A DNA stretch of 64,000 nucleotides from an uncultured bacterium (GTDB lineage: Bacteria > Chloroflexota > Anaerolineae > B4-G1). Below the pieces are notes generated by a model. That model ran no database searches. It saw nothing but the letters and a program-made list of their open reading frames with translations, and was not told where the DNA came from. Shown here piece after piece: positions 10,781 through 20,036 of the stretch. Where the stretch lies: assembly GCA_965612745.1 (NCBI GenBank), contig CBFDTD010000002.1:36-64035 (forward strand), read 5' to 3'. Position numbers and translations under genes: made by a program. Within the stretch, counting starts at the first letter, position 1. Every line of letters begins with the position of its first letter.

Positions 10781-11044
10781 TCAGTCACCCTCGAAGTAAT
10801 AGAGCGAAGGGATTTGCTCTAGCGCGAGCCGCAGCGCCGGCTTGAGGCGCTCGTAGGCCCACACCGCCTCCATGTCCCTCAATTGCGGGTTGCCCAGCAG
10901 GTGTTTGATTAGCCGGATGGCGTTGACACCGCCGCCCACATCCTCGCCCTGGCGCAACAACGCACCGACGGCCTCCTCTACGTAAGATGGCGTCAGGCGT
11001 GGCTTGAGCGCCTCGACTTGCCGTCCCAACTCCTTGTATTTCAT
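10781..11044 (-). CDS. hypothetical 87-aa protein (no Cys; C-terminus ...SLYYFEGD); candidate precursor or accessory protein of the radical SAM locus
   Basis: strong Shine-Dalgarno (GGAGGTGA) 7 nt before the ATG; high GC3; followed by a hairpin before the radical SAM gene. Confidence 0.55.
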   Translation of the reverse strand: MKYKELGRQVEALKPRLTPSYVEEAVGALLRQGEDVGGGVNAIRLIKHLLGNPQLRDMEAVWAYERLKPALRLALEQIPSLYYFEGD

Positions 11045-11217
11045 CAGGATTCACCTCCATCACTGAAAACTAGCCAGAATCGCCCGTAACCGTCAATGTA
11101 GAAAGGCATTCGATCAGCCCCGGGCTTCAGTTTCTCCAGCAACTCCCGCGCTACATAGACGGTCAGGTCGCCGACCTCAAATTGGACGAATCCCTCCGGA
11201 TCGTCAGGCGTGCCCAT
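11044..11217 (-). CDS. hypothetical 57-aa ORF, translationally coupled (TGATG) to the 87-aa ORF
   Basis: Found by manual translation; start codon lies inside an inverted repeat (11214-11231); weak Shine-Dalgarno; mixed GC3. Confidence 0.3.
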   Translation of the reverse strand: MGTPDDPEGFVQFEVGDLTVYVARELLEKLKPGADRMPFYIDGYGRFWLVFSDGGES

Positions 11218-11247
11218 CCGACCGGATGGGCCTTTGAAGAAGTTTCA

Positions 11248-11343
11248 TCAGCCCAGGCAGACCATACGCCAGGCGACGTTGAGGACGCCGCCGTGCTTGC
11301 GGATAAACTCGCGCACCCAGCGGGATGGCAGCATCGCCTTCAT
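11248..11343 (-). CDS. hypothetical 31-aa peptide MKAMLPSRWVREFIRKHGGVLNVAWRMVCLG
   Basis: Found by manual translation; Shine-Dalgarno GGAGG 5 nt upstream of the ATG; very high GC3 (about 27 of 31 codons end in G/C); sits between the Fe-S protein gene and the hairpin. Confidence 0.35.
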   Translation of the reverse strand: MKAMLPSRWVREFIRKHGGVLNVAWRMVCLG

Positions 11344-11394
11344 CGTGACCTCCGTACTCCATTCCTGACTCCACCCCAGGGGGAGGGAAGGGGG

Positions 11395-11946
11395 TCACCT
11401 CTCCCGCGAGCCGATGGCGGGCAGGTCCACGTTTAGCAACTCGGCCAACTTCGCTCGCTGCCCGGCGTACTGGGGCTCCCCGAGTACCGGGCAATCCTCC
11501 AGTTTCACGTGGCCCGCCACCAGTTTGCCGGCGAAGACGAAGCAGGTCGGCTGGCCACAGGCCTTGCAGTTGGTCTGTGGAAGGAGTTTGTAGACCTCCA
11601 CCGGCCCTGGGCGGCGATGCATCTCGTAGTCCGGCTCGATCTCCTCCCGTCGCTCCCAGGTGCGGTTGACCAGTTTCACCAGTCCCTGCGCCACCTTCTC
11701 CGCTTCTGTCCGATCCTCCAGGTCGCCGATGGCGATCTTGTGAGGCCAGAAGGCGATGTTGCGTCCGCCTTTTTTCCAGGATAGCGCGGGGGCCTGGGGG
11801 TTGTAGACTGCACCACGCAGGGTGCGGTTCAGGTAGGGCAGGGCGGGGCTGATGTCCACGTTGAGATGGACAGTGGCGGCGAACTTCTCCGCCCCCGGTT
11901 CGCAGGGGATGGTCTCCACCTCCAGGTCATAGTCCTCGATTAGCAT
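11395..11946 (-). CDS. Fe-S cluster-binding protein with PF04060-like motif (LPxTNCKACGQPTCFVFAGK), as found at the N-terminus of corrinoid/Fe-S protein AcsC
   Basis: 198-aa ORF trimmed to the internal ATG 5 nt after GAGGAGG; the upstream Lys/Arg-rich extension is encoded by the purine-rich ribosome-binding region. Confidence 0.65.
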   Translation of the reverse strand: MLIEDYDLEVETIPCEPGAEKFAATVHLNVDISPALPYLNRTLRGAVYNPQAPALSWKKGGRNIAFWPHKIAIGDLEDRTEAEKVAQGLVKLVNRTWERREEIEPDYEMHRRPGPVEVYKLLPQTNCKACGQPTCFVFAGKLVAGHVKLEDCPVLGEPQYAGQRAKLAELLNVDLPAIGSRER

Positions 11947-12140
11947 ATCATCCTCCTCTGTCGAGCGCCTCCTCCTCTTCCCCTTCATCACCGACCAAAT
12001 AGGTTGCCGCTGACCTCACTGATGCCCGCTCCGGTCACCTCGATGAGCACCTTTCAGCCCCCCCTCCAACCTCTGGCTGCGGCCGGCGTTGTGGATGCAG
12101 ATGAACAGCACCGTCTCCGCCGGCAACCCCCTGGAGCCCT

Positions 12141-12902
12141 TTAGCCCAGCCATACGTCCTTGATCAAGATCAGCGCTGCGACGCCCAGCAGGACCCCTCC
12201 GAAGAGCCTCCGAACGGCGCTAGATTTGAGCCGCTCGGCCATCAACCGCGAACCGATCTGGCTTCCCAGCAGCACTGCCATGACGGTGGCGATCCAAACA
12301 CCCCACTGGGGATGGGCCGCCGTAGTCAGGTGGGAAACGAAACTGGAGAGGCCCGAGCAGGTGACCACAAAAGCTGACGTCGCGGCGGCATTCCTGGCTT
12401 CCAGCCCGGCCATATACAGGAGCGGCACGACGAAGGATCCCCCACCGCGTCCGATCAATCCGGCGATCAGCCCTAACCCACCGCCGGCAGCCAGGCCCAG
12501 GGCGGTGCGCTCCCGAGGCGAGAGGCTGCCACGCCTGGGTTTCCAGCCAGAGAGCATCAACACCGCTGCCGTGGCGGTGAAAAGGGCAAAGAAGGCCAGA
12601 AGCGGCTTGACCGGCAACCGCACGTTGAGCCAGACGCCCACCGGGGCGAAACCGATCATCGTCACGGCGAACGGGACGGCCACCGACCAGGCAATCAATC
12701 CCTTGCGAGCGTAGGTGATCGCCGCCGAACCGCTGTTGACCACGTTGAGCAGCATCCCCAGGGGAATGGCCTCCGTCTTGAAGTCCATCCCCAGCCAGAA
12801 AAGGACCGGGATGTAGAGTTGCGACCCTCCCATCCCCAACATCGAGAAGACGAGAGCGATGACGAAGAAGAGGGGTGGAGCCCAGTAAAGTGAGTGCATC
12901 AA
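12141..12902 (-). CDS. TauE/SafE family exporter (second paralog)
   Basis: 253-aa multi-TM protein with GxGGG motifs. Confidence 0.8.
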   Translation of the reverse strand: MMHSLYWAPPLFFVIALVFSMLGMGGSQLYIPVLFWLGMDFKTEAIPLGMLLNVVNSGSAAITYARKGLIAWSVAVPFAVTMIGFAPVGVWLNVRLPVKPLLAFFALFTATAAVLMLSGWKPRRGSLSPRERTALGLAAGGGLGLIAGLIGRGGGSFVVPLLYMAGLEARNAAATSAFVVTCSGLSSFVSHLTTAAHPQWGVWIATVMAVLLGSQIGSRLMAERLKSSAVRRLFGGVLLGVAALILIKDVWLG

Positions 12903-12978
12903 AAAGTGCCTTCACGCTGGCGCGGGCAGGTGCGACGCACTCTGGAGGGGCGTCGCACCTGCTTGCTTACGCCTCCGC

Positions 12979-13767
12979 TCACCAGATACGGATGCCGAAG
13001 TAGCCCAGGATGAACTTGAGCGAGACGTACAGGAAGTAGAGGCCGAAGATCAGTTTCAGCGTCGAGGGTTTGAAGCGTTTAATGATCCGCGCTCCTACCT
13101 GTGCGCCTCCGATGGTGCCGAGCGCCAGCAGCAACCCCGCTGCCAGGTTGACGTACCCCTGGGCCAGTTTGATCCCCCCACCCACCACGGCCAGGGGGAT
13201 CATCGTCGCCAGTGAGGTGCCCATTGTCACGTACACCGGCGCGCCGAAGAGGTAGATCATCCCCGGCACTAGGGCGTAGCCTCCGCCCAGCCCGGCGATC
13301 CCCGTGGCTACCCCGACGATGAACCCAAAAATCGCCATCCCCCAGGCCGAGCCAGGGATGGTATTTCCCTCCCGCTGGGGCATCTTCCGCCGGGCGATCC
13401 CCTCCCACACCATGCGGGTGGCCGGCCAGAGAAAGATCAGCCCCAGAATCAGCCCCAGTAGTTTCGTCTGCCCGACCAACAGGGTGAAGAGCCAGGAGCC
13501 CAGGAGCACCCCCAGGATGCCGAACCCGCCCAGCCAGAGGGTAGCCCGCAGGTCCAGGTTGCGCTTTATCAGGTGTCCCCAGGCCCCGGAGATGGCGGTG
13601 AAGATGACGGCGAAGAGTGTCGTGCCCACAGCGATAGGGGCGTCAAAGCCCACCCAGAAGTGGATGATGGGCAGCATGACGCTGCATCCCCCGGTGCCGA
13701 TCAGCCCGCCCAGGAGTCCGGCGGCGAAGCCGACGATGACCAGGATGATCCCTGTCACGACCGTCAT
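12979..13767 (-). CDS. TauE/SafE family exporter (third paralog)
   Basis: multi-TM protein; start trimmed to MTVVTGIIL; ATGA overlap with the uspA-like stop. Confidence 0.8.
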   Translation of the reverse strand: MTVVTGIILVIVGFAAGLLGGLIGTGGCSVMLPIIHFWVGFDAPIAVGTTLFAVIFTAISGAWGHLIKRNLDLRATLWLGGFGILGVLLGSWLFTLLVGQTKLLGLILGLIFLWPATRMVWEGIARRKMPQREGNTIPGSAWGMAIFGFIVGVATGIAGLGGGYALVPGMIYLFGAPVYVTMGTSLATMIPLAVVGGGIKLAQGYVNLAAGLLLALGTIGGAQVGARIIKRFKPSTLKLIFGLYFLYVSLKFILGYFGIRIW

Positions 13768-14219
13768 AGCCCCGCCCCTCCTTTCGATGGGTTGTTCTCC
13801 AGCCCCGGCCGGACCACCAGCACCGAGCAAGGCGCGTGGGTCACGACGCGGTTGGAGACGCTGCCCAGCAGGAACGCCTTGATGGGCGAGAGGCCGCGGT
13901 GCCCCACCACGATCAGGTCGAAGCCACCCTCTCGGGCTGCCTGCACGATCTCCTCAGCGGGGTCTCCCTCCCGCAGCAGCAACAGGGCCTCGACCCCGGC
14001 TCCTTTCAGGATCTCCCGCGGCTTGTCGAAGACCTCCCAGGCCTCCGGATCCTCAGGCGGAGCCGCCGTCGGCATCGGGCCTACAGGTGTGGGTGTCGTG
14101 GGGATGACGTTGAGCAGTGTCACCTTCTTGATCCCCCTCTCGGCAGCCAACTTGGCCGCCGCCTTCACCGCCGCGAGGGAGTAATCCGAACCGTCTACGC
14201 AAACCAACATTTTTTTCAT
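13764..14219 (-). CDS. universal stress protein UspA family
   Basis: MKKMLVCVDGSDYS...LIVVGHRG...SVSNRVV; start at the internal ATG (14219) preceded by GGAACAAGAA. Confidence 0.8.
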   Translation of the reverse strand: MKKMLVCVDGSDYSLAAVKAAAKLAAERGIKKVTLLNVIPTTPTPVGPMPTAAPPEDPEAWEVFDKPREILKGAGVEALLLLREGDPAEEIVQAAREGGFDLIVVGHRGLSPIKAFLLGSVSNRVVTHAPCSVLVVRPGLENNPSKGGAGL

Positions 14220-14415
14220 TTCTTGTTCCTCCTCATACTTGATTAGATTGATCGTTTCAACCAACTTGTGGCGGCGAACCGGCAGGCTACACAACACGAG
14301 TAGCGAAGGATCGGCGGCGGGCGCTTCCGCCCGGGGCCGCACCCCGAAAGACACATACATCTCCGGCGCATCTCTTTTCCCTCCCTGTCCCTCCCCCGCA
14401 CGCAGGGGAGGGAAA

Positions 14416-15735
14416 TTACAGCACCGCCAGCGCCAGCCCAAAGATGTATCCCGCCAGCGTGCTGAACACCGTCACCAGCCCCACGTAGACCCAGGTGCGC
14501 TTCGGCCCCAGAATCTTGCTCGTCACCAGGATGGATTGCAGGCTCAGTTCCGGGTCGGCGATCAGATAGGCTAGCAGCGGTCCCCGATGCATCCCCAGGT
14601 CCAGGAACATCCGCGCGATGGGCACCTCCACCAGCGTGGGAAAGTACATAAAGACGCCGAACAACACCCCCATCAAATTGGCCCAGATGATATTGCGCCC
14701 TGCCAGCGTCTGGATCCAATGCTCCGGGATGATCGCCTTGACCATTCCGGCCCCAAAGACGCCTACCACCAGGAGTGGGAAAATCTGCTTGACAAACTTG
14801 TACGTCTCCCACAGCCAGGCCGCCAGCAGGTGACGCTCCAGCCCGCGCGCCGCCACGACCACCGCCGCCAACAACACCGCCTCGCCCAGGAAGCGACCCG
14901 TGAAGCCTATCACCAGGCTGCCGCCGCTCTCTACCTGCGGCGCGGCAATGAGCAACGTCACCGCCACTAACCCCAGTGAGGCCCATGTCCAGCCGGTAAA
15001 ACCTTTCATCACGTTTCTCAGGCCCAGCCAGGCGGCCGGCGTGATCAGCAGCAACATCAAAATCAAGGCCGCGCCCCGCAAATCCAGGTGCATCCCGTCC
15101 AGGGACGCCAGCAGCCCTGCCGGCATGTCAAACGGCAGAGTGACCGAGAACCAGGCGCGGGTCAGCAGATCCACCTGGAGCGTGCCAACGACGAGGACGC
15201 CGATCAGCAGGACAAAGAGCCACCACACGGCCGGGTTGACCTGCGCCCGTTGGCTGAACAGCCCAACGTCTTCTTGCGCGCCGGTCTTGTCCCCGAACAG
15301 CCAGGCCATGATCAGCCCGATGCCGATACCAAAGACAATGCAGAGGACGACGCGGGCGGTGGCGATGTCCATCCCGATGGCCGCGCCGGTGTAGGCAATG
15401 GCCAGAATGTTGACCGCCGGCCCGACAAAGAGAAAAGTGATGGCCGACCCCAGCCCCGCCCCGCGTTTCCAGATACCGGCAAAGAGCGGCAGGATGGTGC
15501 AGGAGCAGACTGCCAGCACGAAACCCCCCACCGCCGAGGCCGGGTAAGAGATCCACTTGCTGGCCCGTGGCCCCAGGTAGCGGGTGATCGTCTCTTTGGG
15601 GATGAGGGCGCTCAACGCCCCGGCGATGAAAAAGGCCGGTACCAGGCACAGGAGCACGTGGGCGGCCAGGTAATCCAACAGCCCGATCCAGCCGGAGCGG
15701 AGCAGCATGACGGCGTATTCGACGACGGGGCTCAT
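14416..15735 (-). CDS. DUF318/ArsP-like permease (COG0701)
   Basis: 439-aa multi-TM protein with CSC motif (AVCSCTILPLF); start trimmed to MSPVVEY; ATGA overlap with the thioredoxin-like gene. Confidence 0.75.
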   Translation of the reverse strand: MSPVVEYAVMLLRSGWIGLLDYLAAHVLLCLVPAFFIAGALSALIPKETITRYLGPRASKWISYPASAVGGFVLAVCSCTILPLFAGIWKRGAGLGSAITFLFVGPAVNILAIAYTGAAIGMDIATARVVLCIVFGIGIGLIMAWLFGDKTGAQEDVGLFSQRAQVNPAVWWLFVLLIGVLVVGTLQVDLLTRAWFSVTLPFDMPAGLLASLDGMHLDLRGAALILMLLLITPAAWLGLRNVMKGFTGWTWASLGLVAVTLLIAAPQVESGGSLVIGFTGRFLGEAVLLAAVVVAARGLERHLLAAWLWETYKFVKQIFPLLVVGVFGAGMVKAIIPEHWIQTLAGRNIIWANLMGVLFGVFMYFPTLVEVPIARMFLDLGMHRGPLLAYLIADPELSLQSILVTSKILGPKRTWVYVGLVTVFSTLAGYIFGLALAVL

Positions 15736-16010
15736 TTTTCCGCCTTCGCTCCGTCCAGTGCCTCCCGCAGCCAGGCGATCGTCTCCTCCACGGTCGGGAT
15801 GCGCCCGGCGCAGACCAGTTTCTCGTTCACCACCAGGGCCGGGGTGAACATGACGGGGTATTTCATGATCTCGCCGTAGTCCTGCACGTGCTGGATCGTC
15901 GCCTCCAGCGAGGGGTCCTCCTCCATCAGCGTCTCCAGCGCGGCAACTGCCTGCTGCTCCACCCAGTTGCACGCTTCGCAACCGGCTCCCAGCACTTTGA
16001 TGTTGAGCAT
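15732..16010 (-). CDS. thioredoxin-fold redox-active disulfide protein (CxxC: GAGCEAC)
   Basis: about 92 aa; GGAGGAGACT Shine-Dalgarno before the ATG at 16010. Confidence 0.75.
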   Translation of the reverse strand: MLNIKVLGAGCEACNWVEQQAVAALETLMEEDPSLEATIQHVQDYGEIMKYPVMFTPALVVNEKLVCAGRIPTVEETIAWLREALDGAKAEK

Positions 16011-16063
16011 AGTCTCCTCCCTAGTGATGCAAGTTGCAGGGTGCAAATCACCCAGTCACCAAG

Positions 16064-16282
16064 TCACTCAGTCACCCCTTTCTTCTCACACTCCATACAC
16101 ACATCCGTCTTCCGATTCGTCCAGTACACCAGCCCACAGCCGGGGCAGGTGACCTTGCGCAGGCTGCTCTTTTTCTTGGGGCGCGGCCGCAGTTCCGGCG
16201 GTAACGCCGCGAAGCCGTCCTTCATACAAGTGCATTGCACCAGCCGATCTTCCACATCCCTTGGTGCCTTCACGCAGTCCAT
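16064..16282 (-). CDS. small Cys-rich putative zinc-ribbon/metal-binding protein (72 aa, 9 Cys)
   Basis: CxC...CPGC...CMEC arrangement; lies between the ArsR and thioredoxin-like genes. Confidence 0.5.
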   Translation of the reverse strand: MDCVKAPRDVEDRLVQCTCMKDGFAALPPELRPRPKKKSSLRKVTCPGCGLVYWTNRKTDVCMECEKKGVTE

Positions 16283-16327
16283 CCTCCTGTCCTTTCTTTC
16301 CGTGTCACCATCCAGTAGCCGCTTTGC

Positions 16328-16657
16328 CTAGCACTCCCCACGGCAGAAGGGGCACGTACAGTGCGACAGCCGTTCTGCTTCCGTCACCGAGCCTAGCATT
16401 TCCCCCAACAGCCGTTCCACCCGTGAGTCGGCCAAGCGGTAGTAGACGAACAGTCCATCCTTGTAGCTCTCTATCACCCCGGCCTCCCGCAGCACCCGCA
16501 ACTGCTGGGAGACGTAGACCTGGGGCCGCCCCAACACCGCCTGCAGATGGCAGACGCAGGCCTCCCCCCGCCGCAGTTCGTCCAGGATGCGCAACCGGGC
16601 CGGGTGGGAGAGGAGGCGAAACAGCCGGGCTGCATAGCGATAGGAATCTCGCTTCAT
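16328..16657 (-). CDS. ArsR/SmtB family metalloregulator with C-terminal CTCPFCRGEC
   Basis: winged HTH (RLRILDELRRGEACVCHL); start trimmed to MKRDSYRY. Confidence 0.85.
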   Translation of the reverse strand: MKRDSYRYAARLFRLLSHPARLRILDELRRGEACVCHLQAVLGRPQVYVSQQLRVLREAGVIESYKDGLFVYYRLADSRVERLLGEMLGSVTEAERLSHCTCPFCRGEC

Positions 16658-16714
16658 TTCACCGCTATATGCAAAAAAGTGCATATATTTTACACCCAAC
16701 ATTCATTTTCGTCA

Positions 16715-16732
16715 AGATGACAGGCGTCATCT
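16715..16732. promoter_or_regulatory. 7-bp inverted repeat AGATGAC-N4-GTCATCT, candidate ArsR operator
   Basis: perfect inverted repeat about 60 nt upstream of the ArsR start codon. Confidence 0.4.
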
Positions 16733-16877
16733 GAAGCAGGGGTAAAATGTCAGGAGGTACGAGGCGAGCATCGCCGCCGCCCTCGGCTGATCGCCCGATC
16801 CGGCGTCTCACGTCCTCACGGGGGTACCTGGCGCGGCAGAGGCGTGGGGTCGTCCGCGTCGTGCTTGTCGGCGCATT

Positions 16878-17211
16878 CTACGCCCCCTCCTGTACCGGCC
16901 GGCAGGTGACGTGTAGATAGGCGAACTCCCCACGTGGTGGAATCAGGTCGGTGACTTCGGTGACCTCGAACAGTTCGTCGCCCAGTTGCACTCGGTCGCC
17001 GACGCGCGGCGGGGCATCCAAATTGACAATCGCGCCCGGGTGCGGTTTGCCGACGATGACGTAACTGATCGTCAGAGGGATCGCCCTCGCGGATGATGAC
17101 GTCGCCAGCGTTGTAGACAGCCTCCTGACCCAAGGCGGCAATCTGCTCGATTTGCTCAGGCGTGAGCCCGGAGAATAACTCGCTGCGTTGCAGCAGATCG
17201 GTGACTGACAT
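16878..17211 (-). pseudogene. stand-alone cyclic-nucleotide-binding (Crp-like) domain protein disrupted by a +1 frameshift near 17085
   Basis: frame 1 encodes MSVTDLLQRSELFSGLTPEQIEQIAALGQEAVYNAGDVIIREGDPSDD; the continuation (YVIVGKPHPGAIVNLDAPPRVGDRVQLGDELFEV...) is in the neighbouring frame (ORFs 16816-17211 and 16878-17141). Confidence 0.5.
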
Positions 17212-17213
17212 GG

Positions 17214-17738
17214 CTATCTTCTCTTGTCGGCAGTCAGGAATGCCTGCGCCCGTGCGACGTAATGCGCAGCAAAGGTGTGCAGGCGTTCGATCTCTTCGTC
17301 CGTAAGTTTCCGTACCACCCGCACTGGCATGCCCAGCGCCAGGTGCCGGGGTGGGATGGTTATCCCCTCGGGCACCAGCGCGCCGGCCCCAACCAGCGCC
17401 TCCCGGCCCACGACCGCGCCGTTGAGCACGATGGCGCCGATGCCGACCAACGCCCCATCTTCGACGGTCGCGCTGTGGAGTACAGTCCGGTGGCCGATGG
17501 TCACCCCCTCACCCAGCGTGCATGGCTGGCCCTCGTCTGTGTGGATAATGGTGAGATCCTGAACGTTGGTGCGGGGGCCGATGATGATGGGCGCATTGTC
17601 GCCCCGCAGCACGCAGCCGAACCAGATGCTTGCCTCGGCTGCGATGTGCACCTTGCCAATAATGGTCGCGTTCGGCGCGACATAGGCGGTGGGGTGGATG
17701 AGTTCGGGATGATGGGTGATGTCCATGCTGGTATTCAT
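17214..17738 (-). CDS. gamma-class carbonic anhydrase / hexapeptide-repeat protein
   Basis: left-handed beta-helix repeats, His ligands (HTDEG...HRTVLH). Confidence 0.8.
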   Translation of the reverse strand: MNTSMDITHHPELIHPTAYVAPNATIIGKVHIAAEASIWFGCVLRGDNAPIIIGPRTNVQDLTIIHTDEGQPCTLGEGVTIGHRTVLHSATVEDGALVGIGAIVLNGAVVGREALVGAGALVPEGITIPPRHLALGMPVRVVRKLTDEEIERLHTFAAHYVARAQAFLTADKRR

Positions 17739-17919
17739 ATTGTACCACAAAAATGGTTAGCGCGCATAAGCGTTGGGTCAAGTAGGACGAGATGCCATCT
17801 TGTCGCACATTCATCCCAGGGCCTATGCACGCCCACCAAAAACGCGGGCTTTCGTAGTTCGGTTGCCTTTTGCCCGCTCTCTGTTACAATTGGCTTAATC
17901 GCAGCGGGAGGCAAAGCAA

Positions 17920-20003
17920 TGGACAAGATCTTCTATCCCGATAGCGTCGTGGTCATCGGCGTTTCGGAGCGGCCCGACAATCTGGCCGCCAACATCATCC
18001 GCAATCTGCTGGAGTTCGGCTACAATGGCGACGTCTACGCCGTCGGGCTGCGGAGTGGTCAGGTGCACGGCATCCCCATTCTCACGTCGGTGGAGGCACT
18101 GCCCGAAGGGGTGGACCTGGCCGTGATCCTGACCCCGGCGGCGACGGTGCCCGGCCTGCTGGACGCCTGCGGAAGGAAAGGCACCCGCCGGGCGGTGATC
18201 GAGTCGGGTGGTTTCGCCGAGTTCTCGGAGGCGGGGCGCAGGCTGGAGGAGCAGGTCTGTGAGGTGGCACGCCGTTGGAACATCCGCTTCGTGGGCCCGA
18301 ATTGCATCAGCGTGGTCAATACAGAGAATGGGCTGTGTCTGCCCTTTGTCGACCTCAATCCGCGGGCGGTCAAACGCGGGCCGGTCTCGGTGCTGGCGCA
18401 GAGCGGCGGGGTTTCCATCACCTACGCACTCTTGCTCAGCGAGGCCGGGCTGGGGGTCAACAAAGTCGTCAGTATGGGCAACAAGGCCGATCTGGACGAG
18501 GTGGATTATCTGACGTATCTGCTGGACGATCCGGGCACCGAGAGCATCTGCCTCTATCTGGAAAGCATCGAGGAGGGACGTCGCCTGGTGGAATTGGCCG
18601 CCTCGTCGCCCAAGCCGGTCATCGTGCACAAGGCGAACACTGCCCAGGCGAGTGCCCAAATCGCCTTTTCCCACACGGCGGCGCTGGCCAACGACGACCG
18701 CATCGTCAGCGCGGCCCTGCGACAGGCCGGAGTTGCACGAGCCGGGAGTTTCGACGATGCGGTGGCGCTGGCCCAGGGGTTCGCGCTACCGGTGGTGCGG
18801 GGCAACGATCTCATCGTCGTCTCGCGCTCCGGGGGGCACGCGGTGGTGGCCGCCGACGCGGCGGGGGCCAACGGCTTCCACCTCGTCCCCATCCCGGACA
18901 ACTTCCTGGCCGGGGTGCGGAGCCTGTTCCCTGCCGACGTCATCGCGTTGACCAATCCACTCGACCTGGGTGTCATCTTTGACTTCGATCTCTACGGCCA
19001 CATTGTGGAGGAGTGCCTGCGCGTCCTCGACCCCGATGCGCTTTTGCTGGTGCACACCTACAGCGCCGGTCCGGAGGGGGAGATGTCGCGCCGACTGGCC
19101 CACAGGCTGCGGGGGTTGAGCCGCGAACTGGACAAGCCGGTGGCATTCTGCGCTTTTGCCCAGAGGGAAGAGGTGGAGGCGCTCAGGCAGGGACTGGATT
19201 ATCCTGTCTTTACCGAGATTGAGGCGGCGGTGCGGGCGCTGGCCGCCTCCCGTGACCGGTACGTCCGCCCGGCACGGCTGCTCCCGTTGCCCTCCACGCC
19301 GGCCGGCCGTCCGCGCGAGATCGAAGGGCTGTTGACCCACGGCGGGGTGCTGACGACCGATGCGGCGTTGGGCTTATGCGCGGCCTTTGGCATCCCCACC
19401 GCCAAGTGGGCCGTGGTGGAAAGCGTCGAGGGCGCACTGGTGGTCGCCAGCGCGATAGGCTACCCGGTGGCGCTCAAAGCGCTCTCGCCCGACGTGGTGC
19501 ACAAGTCAGACGTAGGCGGGGTGGTGTTGGGGATCGAGAGCCCGGATGCACTGCGGACGGAGTTCGCCGCGCTGCTGGCGCGGGTGGAGGAGCGCGTACC
19601 GGGTGTGCAGGTGGAGGGCGTGCTGGTGCAGCAGATGTTGTCCGGAGGACGGGAGGTCATCCTGGGCGGCAGGCGCGACCCCAGTTTCGGGCCGGTGGTG
19701 ATGTTCGGGCTGGGCGGGGTGTATGTGGAGGTTTTCGAGGACGTCGCTTTTCGCCTGGCCCCGCTGACCCGCGAGGAGGCCGAGGAGATGATCTCCGAGG
19801 TACGGGGGAGCCGCCTGCTGCAGGGCGTGCGCGGCCAGGCACCGGCGGACGTGGGGGCGGTGGTCGAGGCGCTGCTGGGCTTGTCGCGCCTTCTGGTCGA
19901 ATGCCCCGAAGTTGCGGAGATTGACGTCAATCCATTGCTCGTGTTCGAACACGGCGTGGCAGCGGTGGACGCGCGGGTGGTAGTGGATCGGCAGAAAACT
20001 TGA
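17920..20003 (+). CDS. ADP-forming acetate--CoA ligase / NDP-forming acyl-CoA synthetase (fused alpha CoA-binding and beta ATP-grasp domains)
   Basis: N-terminal CoA-binding/succinyl-CoA-synthetase-like region, C-terminal ATP-grasp (YPVALKALSPDVVHKSDVGGVVLG); real start at 17920 after GGGAGG; the upstream part of the 913-aa ORF overlaps the minus-strand carbonic anhydrase gene. Confidence 0.85.
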
Positions 20004-20036
20004 CGAAACGGGGCTTTTCCGTTACAATCGCCTGCG

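Noticed and set aside
17262-17919. N-terminal 219 aa of the 913-aa plus-strand ORF
   Set aside because: This stretch overlaps the minus-strand carbonic anhydrase gene. A GGGAGG Shine-Dalgarno and the conserved CoA-ligase N-terminus (MDKIFYPDSVVVIGV) begin at 17920.
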